The position numbers were made by a program, and so were the translations under genes. Positions 13,421-25,034 of a DNA stretch of 64,000 nt are shown piece by piece. Location of the stretch: contig NC_085845.1 of assembly GCF_035594765.1 (NCBI RefSeq), positions 38,248,024-38,312,023 of the forward strand, written 5' to 3'. Position 1 is the stretch's first letter. The number at the start of each line of letters is the position of its first letter. A model generated the notes under the pieces. That model ran no database searches, had not been told where the DNA came from, and saw only the letters and a list, made by a program, of their open reading frames with translations. This DNA comes from Anolis carolinensis. Taxonomy: Eukaryota.

Positions 13421-14206
13421 TATTGTGTACTTTTTGTTGTTCTCATAATAGAGAGATTTCAGAAAACAAGATGGGTTGTGAGTGTCAAGATGGAAACTTA
13501 TCTATGGCTGGCAAAGATAACTGTATTGCAGTTACAGATTTGTAACTGCTCCAAATTCACTAGTACTGTGTTCCTGATTGGACATTATTGCCACAATTGT
13601 AAGTGCCCTCATCCCAAATCTATCTTAACAGCAAACACCCACACTGAGCGATAAAGGACTGTTCTGATAGTGATAAAAAAAATGCATAGGAGCTGAAAAT
13701 GGAAATCCAGAGATTGACTTTGTCTAGATTTTGTGGGGAAGAAATCCAATAATGCAATAGGTGAGACTGCAAATGAGGAGTTGTGCCAAAGTCTTGCTTC
13801 TAATTGTCGCAGGTTTGCTCACTGGTGGGAGGGGGCTGGAAACTTCATGTTATTGTGCCTGAATCATCAGCAGACAGACCTCAATTATTTAGTACAGCTT
13901 TTGGTTGTTAAGGTAAACGTGGAAACTCAGGCAAGAATACATTATTTAATTACTATTTATAACTAAGAATGCTAGTTAGGATCTCATCCAAGATTCAAAA
14001 TCTACTTTAAAATAGCCTGATGGTTGTACGAAAGTAAGAGTGGGAAACCTTAGGTTATGGGACCTAATCCTGCCTTCCTGGGGACTTTTCTTGCTCATGG
14101 AAGTTCCCCAAGAGTCCATGCCTATGATGCCATTGTTTAGAGGTTTCCCTATCTTTTTGCCCACTTTAGCCATTTGAAGAATCAGCAACAGCTGTAATAA
14201 GACTTA

Positions 14207-14400
14207 GGGTGCATCTAGTCTGCAGAACTAATGCAGTCTTACACAACTCATGGTTAAATGCTATGGAATCAGGGAAGTTGTAGTTTGGTGAGGCACCAGC
14301 AGTATTTGACAGAGAGTGCTAAAGATCTTTTAAACCCACAGCTTTTATGATTCCATAACATTGAGCCATGACAGTTAAAATGCTGTCAACCTGCAATCTA
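14207..14400. mobile_element. Harbinger-like palindromic MITE
   Basis: Starts TTA|GGGTGCATCTA and has the internal mirror ATGCTATGGAATC...GATTCCATAACATT. Confidence 0.7.
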
Positions 14401-14539
14401 AGAACACAGCAGTTTTATCCCCCCCCCCCCCCCCCGAACTGCTTCTCCTCCAGGCTGGAAAGCTGCTGCCAAAGGTTACCACATTGATCAAAGGAATGGA
14501 AGAACCTACCTAAGAGGAAAGAGTTACAATAGCTGTGGC

Positions 14540-15000
14540 ATTTATTTATTTATCACACTGTTATGCTGACTTTCTCCAAGAGTGGAATCCAAGGCAGTTC
14601 TCAAAGAAAGTAAGCCAATTAAAAACAAAACAGAGTACCTTAAGGATAAAAATTAATCATTTTTCAAATCCACACATTTATTGTTATAAAATAGAATTCC
14701 TACAAGAGTTAAATCAATTAAAAATTAAATTAATAAAACATACATCCCAGTAAAGAGCTTCCCTCCTTACACATGAAAAGCTTGCTTAAAGAAAAAGACA
14801 TTTGGCTTCTGGTGAAAGGAAAGCAGGGAGAGGACCAGCCTAACCTCCTATGGAAGAGAGTTCCAGACTATGGGAGAAGGCTCTCTCTCTCATGCCCTCA
14901 CCTTGTCAGTCTGTGATAGTGGCAGGTCCAAAAGAAAGCATTTCCCTTAGATCTTAAAACTCTGGCAGGTTTGTATGGTGAGATACAGTTTTTGAGATAG
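14540..15000 (-). mobile_element. Old L2 3' fragment
   Basis: TTTA tail and a GAGTTCCAGA motif (WNSLP on the minus strand). Similar to the L2 at 46432. Confidence 0.6.
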
Positions 15001-15033
15001 CTCACAAAGCTTTTAACCTTCAAAGAAAGGCAA

Positions 15034-15180
15034 ATGGGTCGTTGTGCATTTTTTGGGCTCAGAGGTGCTTGCCACAGATGTAGGCAAAATGTCAGGAGAG
15101 AATGCTACTGGAACATGACCATTCATCCCAAAAACTCAGAGCAACCCAGTGATTCCGGCCATGAAAATCTCTGACAACAC
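15034..15180 (+). mobile_element. Short Penelope pLTR insertion with a 5' inverted fragment
   Basis: Matches 49460-49583. 15035-15059 is an inverted copy of 15125-15148. The flanks are CAAAGAAAGGCAA / CAAAGAAATGCAA, consistent with a 13-bp TSD. Confidence 0.75.
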
Positions 15181-16642
15181 AAAGAAATGCAAGTTGTGAT
15201 TATATGATTTGAGGACAAACAATTCTGCTTGGTGTTGTGAAAGTGAAGAGGGAGGCGTTTTCTCTCACTGTCATGGTATTAGAACTTGGGTTGGAAACAT
15301 TTAAAGAAACTAGAAGAACCAGGACAGAAACATGCTCCCTCAGTGCAAATAGTAAAATATGGGACTCACTTCATTTAGATTGAACAATGGGCACCGACTT
15401 GGGTGCCTTTATTCTCTCTGATTTTCAGCTCCAATCTTTCCATTCCTTGTTTTATTTTAGAAAGAAAGATAGTGTCACTTTGACCTTGAATAAATAGCTA
15501 TAGAAAGAATTAATTCCCAGGAAATTCTGAACATTTCTTTATATGCAGGTAGGGTTATACAGTTAGCCAGCAGAACTCTCTCCAGGCTGAATAAGTAGTG
15601 TACAATTTAGACTATGAGAATATTTTCCTTATATGTACTTTGATTTCAAGAGGTATTTAAACAAATTTCATGGAATGGTATATCCAAAGATTTCTTCTTC
15701 AGCATATCAATAAGGGACTTGGCCAAAAGGAATGCTGCTAATGTTTGAAAAAATAGAACAACACTTCTAATTTGATTTTGTCTTTGTGTTGCATTGAAAG
15801 AGACCAGGTCTATATTATAAATTTTGTCAAAAAATATTCAATTGAATTTCATTGCTTTGGTCTGAATGTGTAATCAGAGCTATCCGCTAAGTAAATAAAT
15901 CATGCACAGCACTCTGTAGGAGTTCAGGGAAATTTATGTTGGTAGTTGAGAAACCTGCTGGAAAGTTGTACTCAGGGCTCTACATAATGTAATTGGGAAT
16001 GTCAAGATACATCATTGAAACACATAATGGATGCACATATTTATGTTACACCAAGAGGCACACTTAAGCATGTGACAGTCATAAGAGGGTCACTGAAGTC
16101 ATTACAGTGGTTCAAGGAAATGGGGGAATGAATCATACGTGTTTTGCTATTTCACATATCATCAAATATCTGAAATGAATGAGAAAGCCTGGTAGTCTCA
16201 GACTCCAGACCAACACTTTAGGGCACAAACTAAAACTTAAAATCAATCACAAGAAAGGACTGATGATATAGATATTTCAATTTCCATTTTGGCTGTTTCT
16301 TTTTGTCTCCATATTGTCTAGAAATGGAGGATGACAAGATTGGCCATCTGGTTCATTTTGGGAGTATGGTTTCTCATGATGATGCAGTGCATAGCTTATG
16401 TGACTGTAAAAATATACATAGTTCAGGTTACATTTTAGAAGGTTATGTTTGTAGCACCAAAATCAGTGAAGAGCCTTGTGGTATGTGGATGGAAGCTTTT
16501 GTTGAGATCGACCTTTCCAAGTTTCCAACCCCAATAAGGCATGCTATACGGACACCATGTTTTTCTCAGAAGAACAGTTCTGATTCACATGAGCCCAGCA
16601 AACTGGAATTGCAGCAGGATATCTATGCCTACTGCCAATATC

Positions 16643-16932
16643 CAGAGCTGGCCCTAGGTATTTTTCAAGTGTAGGCGAACAGAATTTTGCCACCCCCCCC
16701 CCAAAAAAAAATCACTGAAAAATAAAAGCGTTGGATAAGCGAAAATGTTGGATAATAAGGAGGGATTAAGGAAAAGCCTATTAAACATCAAATTACATTA
16801 AGATTTTACAAATTAAGCACCAAAACGTCATGTTTTACAACAAATCAACAGAAAAAGCAGTCTCGACTGCGCCCCCATATGTTTGGCACCCGAAGCGACT
16901 GCTTAATTCGCCTCATTGTTGGACCGGCTCTG
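16643..16932 (+). mobile_element. Non-autonomous hAT element (290 bp) containing a Tigger-like MITE fragment; short sibling of 48169-51260
   Basis: TIRs CAGAGCTGG...CCGGCTCTG and a degenerate 8-bp TSD CCAATATC/CCAAGAGC. The first ~220 bp are near-identical to 48169-48380. Confidence 0.85.
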
Positions 16933-17959
16933 CCAAGAGCCATCACATGATGCCATGTGCATCCAGCTAACAGTTTGCCATCCACCTGTGACTGTAGTGC
17001 TCTCTTTTATGGGTGAAACCCATTAGTGCCTCCCAATCCTGCTGCCTTACCAGTACATACCTCAGTGAAATATGTCCCTTCTGCTTCTGTGCCAACATGC
17101 AACAAGTCACGTAATGTCACTGGGTGCTGTTCTTCTCTTCTTCCAACCTATTCCCAGGCTGGCAATTTCACTTTTCTATTTCTTTTCTGATCTTTCCTTA
17201 ATGGCTGTAATTGCAATAAAATTAAAATAATTATAAAAATCTCAAGAATTACTGGGTAGGGCATACAGCAGAGGAAAGGGCTATGGAGTCTGTGTGGAAG
17301 AATGATTGTGGAATCACAGTTTCTCAAAGCAGACAATGCAGAGAGATGTAATACTGAACACCCCTAACATGATTGTGATGGGACAACAAGAGGTGTGATC
17401 AAGCCCGCATTCCTCTAATTCAGCAACAAGCTATCACCCCCATTGCATCACTTTAAAGGGATACAAGTTTGGCACCTTCTCTTATTTCCATTGCAGTACT
17501 TAACTTGTGAACATATATATTTTTGTGAAAAATATAAAATAATATTTTTGGAACACAATAATTTTGATTTTTGTTTTTTAAAAAAACAATTAAAATTAAT
17601 AAATATGGATAAAAATGGCAAGTCCATGAATCACCCTGCAAAACTGACAAATTAAAATAACATGAAATACCAATAGTGACTCAAACCATGACTGTTGTTA
17701 CCATTTAACAATTTATATAAAGGCTTTTAAAATCATCGCTGAAACATTTAACAAATTAGGAACAGCAAATTCATCTTTAATGAATTATTTCCACGCTCTA
17801 GAAATCCCTGCCCTGTAATTATACCGCTGTTCTTGGATTCACCTGGCTTTCACTAAACAAAGTGAGATATCTCTCATAGCAACAGTCCTTAATGTTTGAA
17901 ATGCGTCTGTAGCTGGGATGTTTTACTATTCATTTAGTAGCAGGCATTGCTGTATTCTT

Positions 17960-18185
17960 TTAAATTGAGGCTGTGTCTTTTATTTTTGTAATGTGTTGTT
18001 AATTGATATTGTTATTGTTTAATATGCTGATGTAATTTTACCTGTATTTTATGTGTATTATGGCACTATTGTGTACTATTCTGTAAGACACCCCGAGTCC
18101 TTGTGGGAGATGGTGGCAGGATACAAATAAAGTTGTTGTTGTTGTTGTTGTTGTTATTATTATTATTACAATAACATTATTATTA
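17960..18185 (+). mobile_element. L2 3' tail plus (GTT)n(TTA)n microsatellite
   Basis: GTAAGACACCCCGAGTCCTTGTGGGAGATGGTGGCAGGATACAAATAAA followed by the simple repeat. Confidence 0.65.
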
Positions 18186-19710
18186 TGACACAGCAAACAA
18201 GATAGATATGCTGGATTTCATATCACAAAATCACAAGTCGAACACTTCCCAAGTGTCTAGGACTGTGTGATGTATTTTCAGATGATGCACACAGATCCCA
18301 GCAGGGTGGCCTTTTGGAGCTGGCAGATCATACTTTTGTCAGTGTCTATTGTTTCCAAATGCCGGCTGAGATCTTTTGGCACGGCACCCAATGTGCCCAT
18401 CACCACCGGGACCACCTGTATTGGTTTCTGCCAGAGTCTTTGAAGTTCAATCTTGAGGTCCTGATAGCGGCTGAGTTTTTCCTGTTGTTTTTCATCAATG
18501 CGACTGTCACCTGGGATGGCAACATCAATGATCCAAACCTTTTTCTTTTCCACAACTGTGATGTCTGGTGTGTTGTTCCAGGACTTTGTCAGTCTGGATT
18601 CGGAAGTCCCACAGTATCTTTGCGTGCTCATTTTCCAATACTTTTGCAGGTTTGTGACTCCTCCAGTTCTTTACTGCTGGGAGGTGGTACTTGAGGCATA
18701 AGTTCCAATGAATCATTTGGGTCACTTAGTTGTGTCTCTGTTTGTAGTCTGTCTGTGCGATTTTCTTACAGTAACTGAGAATATGATCAATGGTTTCGTC
18801 GGTTTCTTTGCACAGTCTGCATTTTAGGTCATCAGCTAATTTTTCGATCTTGGCTGTAATTGCATTTGTTCTGATGGCTTGCTCCTGGGCTGCAAGGATA
18901 AGACCTTCTGTCTCCTTCTTCAGGGTCCCTTTGTGAGCCATGGCCAGGTCTTCTCCTTATCAGCTTTTCCTTCAATTTTGTCAAGGAACTTTCCATGCAA
19001 TGTTTTGTTGTGCCAGCTGTCAGCTCTAGTGTGTAGTGCGGTTTTCTTGTACTGGTTTTTTGTCTGCTGTGCTTTGAGGAGTTTCTGATTTTTGACTTCA
19101 ATCAAAGAAGGTTCTTCACTTTGCTTTACATATTCTGCCAGGGCATGTTCTTCTTCTTTGACTGCTTGTTTTACTTGTGAGAGTCCTCTGCCACCAGATC
19201 TTCTAGGCAGATATAGCTGGTCAACATCACTGTGAGGGTGCAGTGAATGATGGTCATGAGTTTTCTTGTTTTTCTTTCCAAATTGTCCAGTTCTACCTGT
19301 GTCCAATTTATAATGCCAGCAGTATATCTTATGACAGGTATGGCCCAGGTGTTTATGACCTTGATGGTGTTGCCTCCATTGAGCTTGCTTTTGAGAATTT
19401 TTCTGATCCTTTGTGTGTATTCTTTGCTGACCACAGTTTTCACATGTTCATGCTTGATGTTGTCCAGCTGTAATATGCCCAGATATTTATAGGCCTCGGG
19501 CTGGTGACACTTTATTGTTTGGCCATTAGGCGTATTTATGCCCTCACTTTCAATGATTTTTCCCTTCTTCAATGCCACTGTTGAACATTTGTCCAAACCA
19601 AACTCTATGCTGATATCAGTGCTAAAAATTCGGACAGTGTTAGTCAGAGACTGGATTTCAGTTTCCATTTTCCCATATAGCTTCAGGTCATCCATGTACA
19701 TCAGATGCGA
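18186..19710 (-). mobile_element. R4/Dong-clade non-LTR retrotransposon, 5'-truncated and frameshifted
   Basis: RT motif YMDDLKLY (19171-19701), CCHC finger CRLCKETDETIDHILSYC (18726-18941) and restriction-like endonuclease PDI...IIDVAIP (18278-18631). Flanked on both sides by (TTA)n. Confidence 0.92.
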
Positions 19711-19717
19711 AGAAGCT

Positions 19718-19718
<1 letters not shown>

Positions 19719-19761
<43 letters not shown>
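19719..19761. repeat. (TTA)n microsatellite, the R4/Dong target remnant
   Basis: Perfect trinucleotide repeat. Confidence 0.95.
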
Positions 19762-19764
<3 letters not shown>

Positions 19765-20009
19765 CAGTTAATAGTACAAATTAAGAAAATTCAGTGGTAG
19801 AGACTGTGAATATTCACTGAAATAAGAGGAGCTTTAAAAGCAAATGCAAAGGATTAGTTGCATCACTGTGTTTCTTGGCCCACTTAATTGGCCAGGCACA
19901 TTCTTGGACTCGGATTTGCTTAATATGGTAATCTTAGTGCTGAGTCAAAGCAAAAGGGGAAGCTATTCAGGAGCACTTGGAGCTCCTGTTCGAGGACATC
20001 ATTTCTAAT

Positions 20010-20313
20010 TTAATTGCCATGGCTCAATGCTATGCAATCCTGTGATATGTCATTTGATGAGGCATCAGTATTCTTTGGTAGCCCCCATGATTCCAAACTA
20101 CAGCCCCTATGACCCCATAGCATTGAGCCAGGGCAGTTAAAGTGGATTCATTCTACAACAAAGACCAGTGGTTCTCAACCTGGGGTCCCCAGATGTTTTT
20201 GGCCAATAGCTCCCAGAAATACCAGACAGTTTATCAGCTGTTAGGATTTCTGGGAGTTGACGGCCTAAAACATCTGGGGACCTCAGGTTGTAAACCACTG
20301 ACATAGACACACC
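20010..20313. mobile_element. Harbinger-like MITE interrupted in its right TIR by a hAT MITE
   Basis: GCCATGGCTCAATGCTATG mirrors CATAGCATTGAGCCAGGGC. The terminus resumes after the insertion as ACATAGACACACC. Confidence 0.65.
20166..20300. mobile_element. hAT-Charlie-type MITE, third copy
   Basis: CAGTGGTTCTCAACC...GGTTGTAAACCACTG with TSD ACAAAGAC/ACATAGAC (7/8). Confidence 0.9.
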
Positions 20314-20571
20314 TCAAGGTTTTATTTTCAATCACTGGAAGCTCTGATGTGCTAATACATTTTGTTTTTAAAGCATGAAGCCACTGTAATGCACACCTTT
20401 CTGGACAAATTACAAAGAGTGCATTTTTGCCACTGCACATTAAATTCAGCAGCAAATACTTTTTCAGGGTTTTGAAAACTGAGGTGCACATTAGATTCGA
20501 TGATGTATTAGACTCGAGTAAATACAGGGTACTTACAAGGGGTGTAAAAAGTTTAAGAAAATATAGCCTAA

Positions 20572-20752
20572 TTACCTCATCACACTAGAGCATGGATCCA
20601 TTTTAAATTCAGTTGCTGCCTCCTGCACAATTCTGGCATTTGTAGGTTAGGGGAGGAGCCTTTAAAACACCTCCCTAAATTGCAAACCCCAGAATTCTAC
20701 AGGAAGCAGGAACTGGATTTAAAGTGGATCCATGCTTTAGTGTCATGAAGTC
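20572..20752. mobile_element. Harbinger-like MITE, near-complete palindrome
   Basis: CCTCATCACACTAGAGCATGGATCCA...TGGATCCATGCTTTAGTGTCATGAAG. Confidence 0.75.
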
Positions 20753-21388
20753 TGAAGAATCCCACATTATCAGATGCCTTAATAGGAGAGTGAAGCTTAT
20801 AAGACACTTAATTTATTATACTTGAAAAATACTTTTTCTGAAAATGTATCCCATATTATCCATCTTAACCACTTTCATTCTGTTTGGATAAAACTTTTAT
20901 TTACTGAAGTTTAATAATAAATAAACAAAAGCTCTAATTGAATAATGAGAGAATGAAAATAACTCATAAAATGAATAGTGTATAATGCATCACTGGTGAT
21001 ATTATTAATGGTGTTCACAAGCTCATAAAATTAGATGTATTGAGCCAGAAATTATACAACATGCATTCAAATGTAATCATTTATATTAAAGATGTAATTA
21101 TAGTCCTCAAATTCATGTATTCATACTTGATCAATGTTACATGTGAAACGCGATTAATTGTAATATATATCAAGACAAAGGAATATTTTATCCATTTCAA
21201 TATTTTTTGAAAAATATATTTTTTCTGAATTTATGTGCTTATTTTTGACAATAATGGTGCTTTATTTACAGTCTGAATTACAAGCAAGCAACAGTTTTGA
21301 AGGTAAGAAAAGATGTTCACTGCACATTCAGGATACACAAATGTGGCTTTCAGATGTTTACAAATTTCTACTCACATCTTCCCTTGAA

Positions 21389-21600
21389 TTGTCGAAGGTT
21401 TTCATGACTGGAATCACTTGGTACCTGTGAGTTTTTTTAAGGATATATGGCCATGTTCCAGTAATATTCTCTCCTGATGTTTTGCCTGTGTCTATGGCTG
21501 GCATCTTCAGAGGTTCTGTTGGCAATGAAGCACGTGGAGTGTATATAAATATCTGTGGATTGTCCAGGGTGGGAGAAAGAACCCTTGTCTGTTAAAGCAA
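21389..21600 (-). mobile_element. Penelope pLTR fragment
   Basis: Reverse complement of 49375-49580. Contains a decayed hammerhead motif at 21473-21513. Confidence 0.8.
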
Positions 21601-21779
21601 CACATGTTTTGTTTCCTCCACAATTTTGGGTGAACAAAGTAGATTTCAACACGTTAAATATAACAATGTATTTATCATGTCTGTATCACATACAGTTTGC
21701 TAGAAAAAGGCAAAACATTCTAAGCGTTGCTTTATATCTGTAGCAGCATACACCATGATAGTAATGGTGTCATCAAGAA

Positions 21780-22283
21780 ACAAAACTAAAAATGTTTTGT
21801 GACTCATCGATAAACCGAAATCTCTGATCAGATTGCTCTGCTCTGTCTGAGATATTAAATGAAGATCACTGGATATTGATGGCACAGAGTCAGGATCAGC
21901 ATCAGCTTCCATCTGCATCTGATCGCCATCATTGCTTACCTTCTCATCCTGTAGTGTCCATGCTTCTGGCATGCCCGAGTAAGTTTCTACATGAACAGAA
22001 ATTTACTCTGGTGGTATTTTAACAGATGGAGTCTGTGTTACATGTTACATAATGTTGGTTATGGCTGTCAAATATATGAGCAATCTTAAAGATCATGAAA
22101 GTTACTGTCGAGCAAGAAAATGTTTCAAAATTTTGCAATAATTGTGAAACATAAAACATAATTGGCTGTTTCCCAAAAACCTTATGTGATGTGAGAATTT
22201 TGAAGTTATTTATGTGATCACTGTCAAAAATCTATTTGGTACACAAAAAATTCTAAAGGAAACAAAATACCTGTTTTCCAGTA
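21780..22283 (-). mobile_element. Chapaev-like (CMC superfamily) DNA transposon remnant with a transposase fragment
   Basis: ORF 21700-21972 encodes DPDSVPSISSDLHLISQTEQSNLIRDFGLS, which resembles the Chapaev motif PHLIxQxELNDLVRDLxLS. The minus strand begins with an ACTGGAAAACA terminus at 22283. Confidence 0.6.
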
Positions 22284-22416
22284 AGAATGAAAGGAATTGT
22301 TTCCTGTGCCTTCTGGCATTTTTGTACATCGGTGGAAGTCCTGGCAAGATGCCGGTATTTTGTATCTTCAATTTGAAATCCTGCTATATGAAGATCTAAA
22401 ACAGAATACTTTCTTG

Positions 22417-22885
22417 AATTTATTTATTTATTTATTTCCATCATTTCTGTCCTGCCTTTCTCACCCGAGGGAACTCTAGGCGGCTTACAAATCTGGCAAA
22501 ATTCAATGCCAATAAACAACAATAAAATAACAATAAAACATAAAGCAGTTAAAAACAGTTAAACGAATAACAATATATAATATACAAATTTAAAACAATT
22601 CAAAGTGCTTAAACCATTCATCCGTTGGACCAGAACTGTTTAGGGCTTTGTAGGCCAAGACCAGCACTTTGAATTGGGCTCAGTAGCATATTGGCAGCTA
22701 GTGGAGCTGACACAACAGAGGAGTGGTATGCTCCCTGTACGCCACCCTGGTTATAAGCCTGGCTGCCACCCATTGTACTAATTGAAGTTTCCGGGCTGTC
22801 TTCAAAGGCAGCCCCACGTAGAGCACATTGCAGTAATCCAAGCGGGATGTAACCAGAACCTCGACCACCGTGGCCAAGTCAGACT
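22417..22885 (-). mobile_element. L2 3' fragment with an internal deletion
   Basis: Encodes SRLDYCNVLYVGLPLKTARKLQLVQ and has an L2 tail with (TTTA)n at 22417-22490. Confidence 0.88.
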
Positions 22886-24328
22886 CAATTATTTCAATTA
22901 CTTCTTCCATTAATCCCTACTAACATGCCATGACTATAACTCAATTAAATTGTAAAAAAATCTCTTCTGTAATTTCTTGCAGTAATATACACACAGTATC
23001 CCATATGTACCTATGTACTTTTGAAGGAAGACCTTCAAAATATATGAGGAGGTAGACAGGCCCTCTACTTGTTAAAATTTGTGTGTCCCATTACTACAAA
23101 ACAATATAGTCCATACTGGTGAATTTCAAAAGCCCTATGTAGAAGTTGTCTTACTCTGATGTAGGGATAATTGTGAAGGTATGAAGGGGCATACATGTTA
23201 GCCATTGCACCCTAACATTCTTGGCTTGTACCTTTGATGTTTTGAATGTAAAACCCTACAATGGTAAGTTCATTTGCTTTAATGTGCTTATAGAATTCCA
23301 ATAATCAGCAACTAAAAAAATAGGGTCTACATGTATATGGTCTCTATATTCTTCCCAAAATACTTATTGTGCTCCCTGTTGAGTTAGGTGCTCTCTGCAT
23401 AAAGTTCTAAAAGGCTGTTGGACTTTTGCTCCTCACTTTCCCACTATGTATGAGCATAGGAGCTCTACATAGGGCTAAAGATTGTCTGAAGTGAAATAGC
23501 ACAGTTAGCTTGGTTTAAAGTGTATATTTTGCAATATGGAACAATTTAAGCCAGGGTTTCCCATTTATTTGATCACAATAAAGAGAGTTGCTGCATAAGA
23601 GGTGTCTCTTGGGTTTCTTTTTCTACTGAAGTGTCTCTTAATGCTTTCATAGTCAAGATTCAATGAAGGTCAAAGCAGTAGGAAGTGTCTCCACTGATTT
23701 AGATAAATGGTACCTTTATGGAATGGATTGCTTTCCCTTTTATCAAATTGAAGACTAACCACAGGATTTTACTTTAGGCAGTGTGACAATGTGCAAATAT
23801 TTCATAAGCCATAGTGGGGGTTATTAACTTGGCACCAATTTGACCCTTCAGGGCAAAAATGTCTGCTTCTTAAGAGGGTTTTATATTACCAGGCAGATGC
23901 CATAAATACTCTAAATACCTGGTAGTGGTGATTTATTCTTCTGCCGCTTTGATACTATACAAAGCAGATGTTCAAAGTAAAATTGGAAATTGGAAACACA
24001 ATGTATTAATTTACTTCCTCTCTATTATTTAAAATAGCCTCAGAGTTCATGTTGCAGTCATTTTTTATTTGTTTAATACTGTAGCTTCCATAATCATAAG
24101 GGCACATTCATACTTAAATATAAGGTCATATGTGTTAGGGCTGGATTCATTGGTAATTGTTTAGAGCCTTTACAATTGTAGAATTTGTTGATATGTTGTT
24201 ATGTTCCATCAAATTGGCTTAGATTTATGGAAACCCTGAAAGAGGTTTTGTAATTAACTGGTTCTGTCTTTCATGATTGAGTCAACCTGTAGTACAGGCT
24301 TCTTCTTTTCCTTCTAAATACATCTTTA

Positions 24329-24500
24329 CCAGGGGGACCCAAACTCAGGTCTTTTGCCGTCCTTGCCCTAAACTTTAGATTTAAGGTCACCCTAAGTCTG
24401 AAACAACTTGAAGGCACCCAACAGCAGCAATCCTAATTAACTTGACTATCTCATTAGCCAAATACAGGCCCACATTTCCCAATGAAATACTGGTAAGTAT
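24329..24500 (+). mobile_element. hAT-Charlie-type element 5' fragment
   Basis: CAGGGGGACCCAAACT terminus; truncated at the microsatellites. Confidence 0.5.
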
Positions 24501-24510
24501 ATACATACAC

Positions 24511-24568
<58 letters not shown>

Positions 24569-24606
24569 GACTTAGGGTGACCTTAATGTTATTAAAAATG
24601 ATTATG

Positions 24607-24653
<47 letters not shown>
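24511..24653. repeat. (TAT)n and (TA)n microsatellites
   Basis: Perfect repeats at 24511-24568 and 24608-24653. Confidence 0.95.
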
Positions 24654-24655
<2 letters not shown>

Positions 24656-25034
24656 GGGGGGGGGAGGAAATAGGCCCAGGCTTTTTGTGTGAGAGAAGGG
24701 GCACACATACACAGAAGCCACAAGAAAAATATGAGAAAAGATCAAAGAGGTGAACAACAAACAACTTACAGGACATATTTTTAATTTGTAAAAAGAATTG
24801 CTTTTGGGGAGAAAGGCTGTTTTACTGGTGCAGGAGTACACAAGCCAGAGGGTACACACACATGCAAGTACACACATAAGCCAGGTGAACTGGGGCAAGA
24901 ATACACACAAGCCAGAAGATAGAACAGGGGAGAGGAATAAATCAGTCAGGGATAAAAAAGAAGGAAGGCTTTCTTTAAAAAAAGATTTTTGGGAGGGAAG
25001 GAAGTTGCAGGACACAATACAGAAGCAAGACGAT

